From Candidatus Abzuiibacterium crystallinum (GTDB taxonomy: Bacteria > Omnitrophota > Omnitrophia > Omnitrophales > Abzuiibacteriaceae): a DNA stretch of 64,000 nucleotides. Location of the stretch: assembly GCA_002787155.1 (NCBI GenBank), contig PCVY01000028.1, forward strand, positions 9,478 to 73,477, read 5' to 3'. A program made the translations under genes and the position numbers. This document shows, in pieces, positions 49,644 to 57,660 of this stretch. The notes under the pieces were generated by a model that was not told the DNA's origin, did no database searches, and worked only from the letters and a program-made list of their open reading frames with translations. Position 1 is the first letter of the stretch, and the number at the start of each line of letters is the position of its first letter.

Positions 49644-50684
49644 TTAACGCACCCCTTTTACAACCGCCTCAATTACTTCACGAATAACACGCTTACTAAA
49701 CCGTTCTTCAAATCTATCTTTCATCGCTTTACTAAGTTCCAGCACCTCTTCACGTTTCAAAGAACATAAGTGCTTAATTTTAGCCACAATCGCTTCCGCA
49801 CTATTTTCCTGGAAGATCAAATGCTCATCGCCAATGACTTCCGGAATAGCGCCCGAATTCGAACCAATGACAATCACACCCCTGTCCATCGCCTCAACAA
49901 TCACACGCCCAAATTGTTCTTTCCACCACCCGACCGAAAGAGACGGCACAACAAGCACATCAATATCGTTAAACACTTTATCCAGCGCTTCCGATGAATA
50001 ATCAAACGGACCTTTATAATTAAATTGGGTTTGCTTGATTTCCGGCACCAGATAGCCGTTCCCATAAATATTAAACTCTAATTCCGGAAAATGTTTCATC
50101 GCCTCACACAGAACATCAATCCCTTTTTCATGGATAAGCCGGCCGACAAAACCAATCCGTTTCACTGACTCTTTATAGTTAACTTCAACTTGGGTATTAG
50201 AAACGGGTAACGGACAAACAAACGCCTTTTTCACGCCCATCTGTTCAGCGCGGGTTACCGCTTCCCGATTAGCGCATAGCGCAGAATCAATGCAGCGGGC
50301 AAAGAAACGTCCCAATAAAGTCTGGAGAAACGAGAATTTTAAATTCTCCGCACAAAATATGACGACCTTTGAGCGGCAAAACAACTTGGCAAATAAAGCG
50401 TGCAGCATGGTGGTGCTAAATATTTCATCATGTATCAATAAGACATTCCTTGTTTGATCCCGGCGGACAGCAGCATAAGGCCACATTGGATATAAAAATC
50501 CCCTTAAAGCCACCCAGCGCAGGGTGATGCATTTGACCGGTAAATGCGTTATATCTTTTTTTTTGGGTGGGCACGGATAATTAGAAATAAAATAGACTTG
50601 GCCGGCCAGATGTGTAGGAATAACATCAAGCATCGCATATTGCTCTGCTGCTAATTCACGAGGGTTGCATAGCAGAAACATCAT
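49644..50684 (-). CDS. GT4 family (GT-B) glycosyltransferase
   Basis: GFVGRLIHEKGIDVL and EQFGRVIVEAMDRGVIVIGSNSGAIPEVI match the GT4 E-x7-E region. The protein is 346 aa. Confidence 0.7.
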   Translation of the reverse strand: MMFLLCNPRELAAEQYAMLDVIPTHLAGQVYFISNYPCPPKKKDITHLPVKCITLRWVALRGFLYPMWPYAAVRRDQTRNVLLIHDEIFSTTMLHALFAKLFCRSKVVIFCAENLKFSFLQTLLGRFFARCIDSALCANREAVTRAEQMGVKKAFVCPLPVSNTQVEVNYKESVKRIGFVGRLIHEKGIDVLCEAMKHFPELEFNIYGNGYLVPEIKQTQFNYKGPFDYSSEALDKVFNDIDVLVVPSLSVGWWKEQFGRVIVEAMDRGVIVIGSNSGAIPEVIGDEHLIFQENSAEAIVAKIKHLCSLKREEVLELSKAMKDRFEERFSKRVIREVIEAVVKGVR

Positions 50685-50688
50685 CGGC

Positions 50689-53190
50689 TTACTCTTGATT
50701 TTCCATTTGAAAATATCGATCCCAATTAATGTGATAGGCTACCAACTTATTGGGAGGTAAATCAGTCTGCTGTTCCGTTAAAGGTGTAAAAAACTTGAGA
50801 TCAACAGCTTTTAAATAATACAAACGATACAGAACCGACCTCAATAAATCGGGAAACCCGACAACAGCCGTATAGGTATCCGGATACTCGAGAAGTAAAA
50901 CCGAAGTTGAATAAAGACCCATCCCCTTCATTCGCTTCTCAATCAAATGATCCTCTTCAACGTACATTAAACTGAATGGTCTTAAAGTCAAATTTTCTTT
51001 TTCATTATACAACAAGGCATCTTTCAGAACTAAATTAACAGCTAGGTTCTCTTCAAAGAATAATTCGTCTCCCGTTGATCGAAGAAGTTTTCTTTCGGGT
51101 CCATATTGCCAGTTATCCGTGACTAACTGAAGATGTTGCTTTAAAAAACGCCTGTCACCTATTTTTTTGTTTTGTCTGATCAATTCAGCTGCTCGATCAA
51201 AATCCCAATTAACCAGGTAAGATAGCCCGATGTTGCGAAAGATAAGGTCATCATAAATGAAAACGCAGCCGGGCGGCACCGGTTGCTCCGGGTGGGTTAA
51301 TCGTATTAATTCCTCGTACTGCGTTTTGGTAAGTTCTGGCGGCCCTTCGGCTGGCAGTTTTGATTTTGGAACACTAAGAACATTTAAAATTAACTGATTG
51401 ATCCTAGCAGCCCTCAACCCTAAATTCTCCAAGAAAACCTCGGCTTTATTTCCGGTGGTGGAGAGCATGCGCCAAATACTTAACGCAAGGAACTCATTCG
51501 CGGTCATGAAGGCCTGTGCCATCCAATAATTTTGATGACTGTATTGGCTGCCGCCATCTAACATGGTGCTTCTTTCGGCAATCGCATTGATAAAGTAACC
51601 GGGGTCAAACCACGAGTAAACAATGGTGTCTTTCGGCGTTTCTTTTTTAATATCGGTCAAAACTTGATTCCAAGTATCATTCATCACCTGTTCGTTGTTA
51701 AATACAACCACAGAAATATACTGAGCATACGCCACTGGAGGCATAACACAGCAAGCCAACAAAGCAAAAACAGCGGCAGGTAATTTCCAATCCCGTTTTG
51801 CCCCCCATTGATGTTTGATCATTTCAAGCGCATGATGTACAAAAAACGAAAAGAAAAGCGCAAAGGGCAGCACCAATAACACACTAAAACGAACTGCCTG
51901 CAAACTCAGGATTGCCGACGGTAGAAAAAAAGCCGTAAAAAAAAGAAATTCTGAAAAACGGAACTGGCTGCGTTGACACCAGGTGGTATAGGCCATGATG
52001 ACAAACCCCAAAACCACCCATACAAAACTCAGATCATTTCCTACCAGGTAAATCACTTTTCTCACAGATGCCGGATCCAATTCCGCGATGAACATAAGGG
52101 TGTTGGGCCAAATATCAAGCGATGAGCCGCTTGCTCTCACCCGCTCAAAAAGGAAGAATTTTTCTTGAAGCGACAATAAAAATGGATGACTGGGCAACAA
52201 GATAAAACTAAAGCACACCGCCGAAATGAAATAGCCGCTCAGCCACTGTAAATACTTTTGATTTCTTTGCTGATTGAAAAAAATTTCATAAAGCCCGGCA
52301 ATCAAGACGCTGACTGATATCACTAAAAATAAATAATGCCAAGCTTCCCAAAAAAATGCATAAATAACTGTCACAAATCCCGCCAGAAGAGAGCTGGCCA
52401 TAATAAACCGACGCCGGCGCAGCGGGTAAAACAATAACAATAAGACAATGAGAGGAAAAATAAGTTGATAAGGATCGTTATCATAACTGCCCAACGCGCT
52501 CCGCTGAAGATAAATAGGCGATAACGATAAGAATGCAGCGCCTGCAAAGGCAGCTAAAAAATTAAGCTCTAAGACAGCAGCGAAAAGAAAAAAAAGTAAA
52601 ATGGACAATACTGCAAGAAATATCGGATACCAAGCAAGGAGATCTACCAAAGCTGCTTTTTTAAAAAATAGTTTAAAGAAATTGGCCCAGGCAGCTCCCA
52701 GATATGGATGCAGGGTAATATTTTCCCACGAACCATCTGGGGCTTTCCTAAGGGGATTGAAAAACTTATTCTGACGAAATTTCTCACCGATGTGGCCCGT
52801 CCGCATAATATTCTCTGTTAATTGGTAATATAAATAAGCATCTGCACCTAATAAATAGAAATGGTTCTGTCGAACGCCCCCATTCTCTCTCAGTAGTTTT
52901 TTCTCGGTCTCAGCGGTTAAATTTAGAAATTGCAGCTTATCTTCGGCCATTGCCAACTTCATCCGCTCATCTGTCAATCGATTAAGCTGGGTTGTATTGA
53001 GGTGAGAATTTTCCGACTTTAACAACTGACGAACATGTTTTTCAGCCATTCCATAAGCAATCGATTCGGCTTTTTGGTGAATCTCTTGTGCGGTTAAACG
53101 GTTCGCATTTATCCGGTAACGAATGCGGTGATAGATGCCGAAAGCAATGACCAGCATAATCAAAATCAAATAAAACATGGGACGCTTCAT
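50689..53190 (-). CDS. STT3/AglB/PglB-family oligosaccharyltransferase-like membrane protein (OTase-1) with a degenerate WWDYG motif
   Basis: The 833 aa product has N-terminal TM helices. An EL1-like acidic motif LLGADAYLYYQLTENI is present (compare SNDGYAFAEGARDMI of PglB). There are about 12 TM helices and a TIxE-like FIAE segment. The C-terminal periplasmic domain carries SWFDPGYFINAIAERSTMLDGG, which aligns with PglB [21 protein letters not shown]. The start is trimmed to MKRPMFY to abut the upstream GT4 gene. Confidence 0.65.
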   Translation of the reverse strand: MKRPMFYLILIMLVIAFGIYHRIRYRINANRLTAQEIHQKAESIAYGMAEKHVRQLLKSENSHLNTTQLNRLTDERMKLAMAEDKLQFLNLTAETEKKLLRENGGVRQNHFYLLGADAYLYYQLTENIMRTGHIGEKFRQNKFFNPLRKAPDGSWENITLHPYLGAAWANFFKLFFKKAALVDLLAWYPIFLAVLSILLFFLFAAVLELNFLAAFAGAAFLSLSPIYLQRSALGSYDNDPYQLIFPLIVLLLLFYPLRRRRFIMASSLLAGFVTVIYAFFWEAWHYLFLVISVSVLIAGLYEIFFNQQRNQKYLQWLSGYFISAVCFSFILLPSHPFLLSLQEKFFLFERVRASGSSLDIWPNTLMFIAELDPASVRKVIYLVGNDLSFVWVVLGFVIMAYTTWCQRSQFRFSEFLFFTAFFLPSAILSLQAVRFSVLLVLPFALFFSFFVHHALEMIKHQWGAKRDWKLPAAVFALLACCVMPPVAYAQYISVVVFNNEQVMNDTWNQVLTDIKKETPKDTIVYSWFDPGYFINAIAERSTMLDGGSQYSHQNYWMAQAFMTANEFLALSIWRMLSTTGNKAEVFLENLGLRAARINQLILNVLSVPKSKLPAEGPPELTKTQYEELIRLTHPEQPVPPGCVFIYDDLIFRNIGLSYLVNWDFDRAAELIRQNKKIGDRRFLKQHLQLVTDNWQYGPERKLLRSTGDELFFEENLAVNLVLKDALLYNEKENLTLRPFSLMYVEEDHLIEKRMKGMGLYSTSVLLLEYPDTYTAVVGFPDLLRSVLYRLYYLKAVDLKFFTPLTEQQTDLPPNKLVAYHINWDRYFQMENQE

Positions 53191-54335
53191 TTTAAACAAT
53201 CCTTTTTTGCAACTTGTTCGCAGCATTTCAAAACTTCTTTAGCGGCTAGCTTCCATGTAAACAATTCGGCACGTCTTCGCGCCTGATCAATCATGGCATG
53301 GCGTTCGGCCGGCTCCATTTCAAGCAAAACTTGCAAATGATGCGCTAAATCCTGGTCATTATTTTCTTGGAAGTAACCAACACAATCTCCGCCGACTTCG
53401 GGGATAGAAGCACAGCGAGTCGTTAAAACCGGAACACCCGCTGACATCGCTTCTAAAATCGGAAGTCCAAAACCTTCGTAACGTGAGGGTAAAACAAATA
53501 CATCCGCACGGCGGTACAGCGGGAGTAAGTCCTGCTGAGAAAGAAATGGTACTCGACGGTAACGATTATTTGGAATTTCTTCACATGCACGTTTTAGCAT
53601 GGGCTCACCCAGGCGGGGTTGGCCAACCAGAATCAATTGATGAGAAATCTGAGACAATAACCGTTTGAAAGCACTTACCAAACATGGTAAGTCCTTGTGC
53701 GGATAGGAGTTAGCAACACACAATATATAAGGTTTTTGGCTTTGTAAAACAGACTGCACTGTTGGATGGATTTTTTTTTGGTGCTCTGATTGAAATAACG
53801 GCGAAACACCGCATGAACTAACAGCCACTTTGGTCGGCGGAACGTCTAAAAATTGCACAATTTCACGTTTCGAAAACTCGGAAAGTGTGATAATTATTTC
53901 GCATTGACGGCTCGCGCTAATGACTAGAAAATGAGTGACTAGTCGTGATAGAAAGTTTAAATCTTCCGGAAATCGTTTGTATTGCATGTCAAGGATGGTG
54001 ACAATTTGAGGGCAATGCGCATACAGCGGAGCCGTATAACCCGGCGACCACAAAATATCTACTTTGGCTTGGTAGGCGCGTATCGGTAGTTCCGTTTGCT
54101 CACGAATGATCCTGACATAGCGGTTAGTGGCATGAAATGAAAGCTTTGAAAAGGTGACGTTTGGGTATTTTCCGAATTGGTTTTGCAGCGAGTCATGGTT
54201 GTCCTGATGTGTAAAAAGACAAAACTCAACACTGGGCTGCATGGCAACCATCGCCTGCAGCGTTTCGCGTAAAATAGTTTCTGATCCACCAACTTCATTT
54301 GGAATAAGAAACAGCGCATTCACGCCGATTCGCAT
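53187..54335 (-). CDS. GT4 family (GT-B) glycosyltransferase
   Basis: PSRYEGFGLPILEAMSAGVPVLTT is the GT4 signature. The protein is 382 aa. It is directly upstream of OTase-1 with a 4-bp overlap. Confidence 0.75.
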   Translation of the reverse strand: MRIGVNALFLIPNEVGGSETILRETLQAMVAMQPSVEFCLFTHQDNHDSLQNQFGKYPNVTFSKLSFHATNRYVRIIREQTELPIRAYQAKVDILWSPGYTAPLYAHCPQIVTILDMQYKRFPEDLNFLSRLVTHFLVISASRQCEIIITLSEFSKREIVQFLDVPPTKVAVSSCGVSPLFQSEHQKKIHPTVQSVLQSQKPYILCVANSYPHKDLPCLVSAFKRLLSQISHQLILVGQPRLGEPMLKRACEEIPNNRYRRVPFLSQQDLLPLYRRADVFVLPSRYEGFGLPILEAMSAGVPVLTTRCASIPEVGGDCVGYFQENNDQDLAHHLQVLLEMEPAERHAMIDQARRRAELFTWKLAAKEVLKCCEQVAKKDCLK

Positions 54336-54377
54336 GAACTATTATCCCCTTCTGCGCGGCAATCAAACAATTGGTAG

Positions 54378-54851
54378 CTAGGACAAATAACCTAACAGTG
54401 CTCTGCGTTTTTTGTTTTGCTCATACACGTCTTCGCCTAAAACTTGTTTTGCCAACTCTTCTTTGTTTTGGCCGTTGTAAAAGTCGTAATCCATTACCGC
54501 CAAGACTTTCAACACAATTGGTAACGGCAACTCTAACATCGTCGGATCCGCTGCAAGCTGTTCGTTAATTTTGGTTGCATAATAACTTGCGGGAAGCAAA
54601 ATAGCCGCGTTGTCCCTGATTTTAAATAACTCAATCATGGCTCGGACAACTTCCGCTTGGTCCGTTTCACTCAACCGATCCCAAGATTTTGCAGACTTTG
54701 TCAGTTGGCCTGCCTGTTGCCGTAGGTTCGTAGGCACCTGCAATGCCTGCATAAGCTCAAGCAAATCTACTTGCTCCTCGGCCCATAATACAGGCATTGC
54801 TGCAGTCGCCCAAAAACCAACTGTTAACAGAAAGATCAACCGGCGCTTCAT
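54378..54851 (-). CDS. Hypothetical secreted or periplasmic protein
   Basis: Signal-peptide-like MKRRLIFLLTVGFWATAAMPVLWA. The start is trimmed to an internal Met to avoid overlap. Confidence 0.4.
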   Translation of the reverse strand: MKRRLIFLLTVGFWATAAMPVLWAEEQVDLLELMQALQVPTNLRQQAGQLTKSAKSWDRLSETDQAEVVRAMIELFKIRDNAAILLPASYYATKINEQLAADPTMLELPLPIVLKVLAVMDYDFYNGQNKEELAKQVLGEDVYEQNKKRRALLGYLS

Positions 54852-54870
54852 CGGATCAAGCATTCGGTCA

Positions 54871-55092
54871 TTACTTTCTCTTGCCGGCTGCTTTAAGTCT
54901 TGCAAGCCGCATCTTTTGTTTTGCGGCAGCGGAATGATGTCTTCCGTACATCGGATTTTTCTTGCCTTTTACCGCCCGACTAATTTTTTGTTTAGAACTA
55001 CTCGAATGCTTTCTTCCATAAAAAGGGTTGCCTTTTCCAGAAGCTAGTTTACTCATTAATCTTTTAGTTTTAGCTGAATGTTTTTGTCCCAT
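54871..55092 (-). CDS. Small, highly basic protein with two NUMOD3-like motifs (a putative DNA-binding module)
   Basis: The 73 aa product repeats N-P-[FM]-Y-G-R-[KH]-H-S-x3-K-Q-K-[IM]-[SR]-x-A twice. This resembles the NUMOD3 motif (NP.YGK.HSEETK.KIS.A.KG) found in homing endonucleases. Confidence 0.4.
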   Translation of the reverse strand: MGQKHSAKTKRLMSKLASGKGNPFYGRKHSSSSKQKISRAVKGKKNPMYGRHHSAAAKQKMRLARLKAAGKRK

Positions 55093-55123
55093 TTTCTTCT
55101 CCTGTTCTGAGGTTATTATTCGT

Positions 55124-56290
55124 TTACCTATACTTCTTAAAAATTTCCAATGCTTTTCTAGTTTGCTGATCTTCTCCTTCTACACCTTCAACCAGATACG
55201 GCACTTCCTCATCCGGAACAATCCCGACCTTATCAATGACCCTCCCGTTTGGTGATATATATCTTGCCGTTGTTAATTTCATGGCAGTTTTATCATCTAA
55301 CGGAACAACAGACTGAACAGACGCTTTTCCGTACGTTTTCATCCCCACAACTATTCCGCGTTTGTGGTCTTGTATAGCAGCTGAGAAAATTTCGGAAGCG
55401 CTGGCAGAATGTTCGTTAACCAACACGATTAAATCGCAATCCGTTAGATGTTTACTTCCATCTGAGAAATGCTCTTTCTTTTGAACATCAATGCGGCTTT
55501 CAACCGAAACTATTTTCTTGTCACCCGGTAAAAAACGGCTTGCCAAATCAATGGCGGCTGTCATTAAACCGCCTTGATTGTTTCTCAGATCAATAATCAA
55601 CGCCTTCATACCCTCCTTTGTCAATTTCTTGATTGCTTTATCAATTTGATCGGCTGTGTGTTCTTGGAAATTATCAATTCTAAGATAGCCGAGATGTCGT
55701 CCAGCCATCCGGACATCGTTAATAGCACTAATCTCCACCAATTCGCGGATAACCTTAATATCAATGGGCTCTGGTACCGTCGGCCTCTGAACCCTTACCA
55801 TCACCTCGGTGCCAGCTTCCCCGCGCAACAATTCGGCTACTTCAGCCATCCCTAAACCAATCACATCTTTACTGTCTACCTTGAGAATCATATCCTTTAC
55901 TTCCAATCCTGCTTTCTGAGCAGCGCTGGCAGGCTTAATTTCTTTGATAAAGATTTGGTTATCAACCATCTCTAATACGGCTCCCAAGCCTGAGTACTCT
56001 CCTTTCATATCAATCTGCAGCAGCTTGTAATGTTCCTCATCAATAAAAACGGTATAAGGGTCCATACCCTCCAACATCCCTTTCACTGCATGATAGAGCA
56101 GTTGGCGTGCATCTTTTTTCTCAACATAGCCTTCCAAAACGGCGCCAATGGCACGTGAGAAAAGTTTTAATTCCTCCAGAACATCGTAACTTTCGCTTTG
56201 CACAGCGGCAGCAGACGAATGTCTGCTGTTAATAGCGGACATCAATAAAATTAAAGAACCTATTAAAAAAAATCCAACCTTTTTCTTCAT
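55124..56290 (-). CDS. S41-family C-terminal processing peptidase (Prc/CtpA-like) with a PDZ domain
   Basis: Signal peptide. A PDZ-like segment is present. Catalytic-region motifs GGLMTAAIDLASRFL and HSASASEIFSAAIQDHKRGIVVGMKTYGKASVQS (Ser/Lys dyad context). The protein is 388 aa. Confidence 0.75.
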   Translation of the reverse strand: MKKKVGFFLIGSLILLMSAINSRHSSAAAVQSESYDVLEELKLFSRAIGAVLEGYVEKKDARQLLYHAVKGMLEGMDPYTVFIDEEHYKLLQIDMKGEYSGLGAVLEMVDNQIFIKEIKPASAAQKAGLEVKDMILKVDSKDVIGLGMAEVAELLRGEAGTEVMVRVQRPTVPEPIDIKVIRELVEISAINDVRMAGRHLGYLRIDNFQEHTADQIDKAIKKLTKEGMKALIIDLRNNQGGLMTAAIDLASRFLPGDKKIVSVESRIDVQKKEHFSDGSKHLTDCDLIVLVNEHSASASEIFSAAIQDHKRGIVVGMKTYGKASVQSVVPLDDKTAMKLTTARYISPNGRVIDKVGIVPDEEVPYLVEGVEGEDQQTRKALEIFKKYR

Positions 56291-56303
56291 CTTACACTCG
56301 CTT

Positions 56304-57308
56304 TCAGTTTGCGCTTAAAAATTTCTCGTGCCAATACAAAATATCTCCGGTACGGGTTGTGACGCAATTAATTAATAGTGCTTCTGAACGATTTCTGAGT
56401 CGAGCTAAGCTTTGAACCGTGTAAGCACTAGACTGCAATGTAAGAAGACCCGACTGAACATAATCATGCAAACTTTGAGCTTCACTATCATCTAGGGGAA
56501 AGGCGTTTTGAAGCGTTTCGGCGACAGAACTTAAACTAATAAAATAATGGTCATCAGGCGTGCGTTCGACGCCATCCTCGCCGGCACGAAAACGTAATAT
56601 TTTCTTAACCAAACTTTCCGACATCCCAATTGAAACTAAGATAATTGGTGAGGCGGTATTTAAATTAAGCAGACCTGAGCCATACAAGGTCAGATAGGGT
56701 GATAAACGCTCGTAAATAGCGGGCGTCATCCCGCGAATGAAGTTCATTTCTTCAAGGATATCCAAAGGTTCATTTTTAGGCTGATAAGGCGGTTTCAGTC
56801 TCATATAATATTTTTTCTCCGCCCCCGCTTCATACGCGTGATCATCCTCGTCCATCCAGTCAAGTAAGGCGTAAGCAATGTGAGCAGCCTCTTCTTTTGA
56901 CAAACCACCTGCCAACTGAAATAAATTGCTTAAGATGCGTGCGGACGTGATTAATCTTAAACTGATTTTACTTTCCTCATCGATCATGCCGCTATAAACT
57001 GTATTCCCGATTTGATAGCCGACAGTAAAATAGCCATCCCCAACTGGAATTTCGTGAAACGCACTTTCATTAACACTCCAACCATCATTTAAGACATCGG
57101 GTAACTGCGATTGAACATCTTTCATTGCCAACACTTGAATAGCCTTTTGAACACCTGCTTCTGCTATATAACGCAATTTTGACTTGGTTTCGAAGGTTTG
57201 TGCCATTTTTAGCTTCCCCTGGACTATACGGCCAACCACGGACGTAAAAAGAGCTAACAAGAGTAAAACCCAAATGGCTAGAATCAACAAACTCCCTCTT
57301 TTATCCAT
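56304..57308 (-). CDS. gspK: Type II secretion system minor pseudopilin GspK-like protein
   Basis: N-terminal hydrophobic helix (LLILAIWVLLLLALF). The conserved GspK motif LLNLNTASPIIL (PxNxNTAS) is present. The protein is 334 aa. Confidence 0.6.
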   Translation of the reverse strand: MDKRGSLLILAIWVLLLLALFTSVVGRIVQGKLKMAQTFETKSKLRYIAEAGVQKAIQVLAMKDVQSQLPDVLNDGWSVNESAFHEIPVGDGYFTVGYQIGNTVYSGMIDEESKISLRLITSARILSNLFQLAGGLSKEEAAHIAYALLDWMDEDDHAYEAGAEKKYYMRLKPPYQPKNEPLDILEEMNFIRGMTPAIYERLSPYLTLYGSGLLNLNTASPIILVSIGMSESLVKKILRFRAGEDGVERTPDDHYFISLSSVAETLQNAFPLDDSEAQSLHDYVQSGLLTLQSSAYTVQSLARLRNRSEALLINCVTTRTGDILYWHEKFLSAN

Positions 57309-57315
57309 AAAACTT

Positions 57316-57660
57316 TTATTTGTCCAATAACTTGAGTTGACGACTCACGTCTGTCAGCTTGTCTGACATATCATTGATCTTAACCTCCAACGCATTCATC
57401 TTTTCCGTCAGCTGTTCAATGCTGGCGTGCACTTTGTCAAAATGCCGTTTCATATATATATCGACACCTTCGGGCTCATATTTGCCTCCTATTCTGATAA
57501 CCTCACGGTCCTCAGCCATGTTATAGACAATCCCGTATTTTTTAATGCCTTCCGAAGTTTCATCCGATTTTCTCTCCTCCGCAAAAACAGACATGCACAC
57601 GACGCCTGACAACACGCTCATCATGGCTAAGCCCACTATGAGGTTAGGTAGTTTTTTCAT
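57316..57660 (-). CDS. Small secreted coiled-coil protein, hypothetical
   Basis: Signal peptide MKKLPNLIVGLAMMSVLSGVVCMSVFA. The C-terminal region is a heptad-rich helix. The protein is 114 aa. It overlaps the OTase-2 start by 17 bp. Confidence 0.4.
   Translation of the reverse strand: MKKLPNLIVGLAMMSVLSGVVCMSVFAEERKSDETSEGIKKYGIVYNMAEDREVIRIGGKYEPEGVDIYMKRHFDKVHASIEQLTEKMNALEVKINDMSDKLTDVSRQLKLLDK

Noticed and set aside
57316-57660. The 114-aa signal-peptide protein as a prepilin or pseudopilin substrate
   Set aside because: It has a signal peptide but lacks the G|F-x-x-x-E class III (prepilin) cleavage motif. It resembles a periplasmic coiled-coil protein instead.
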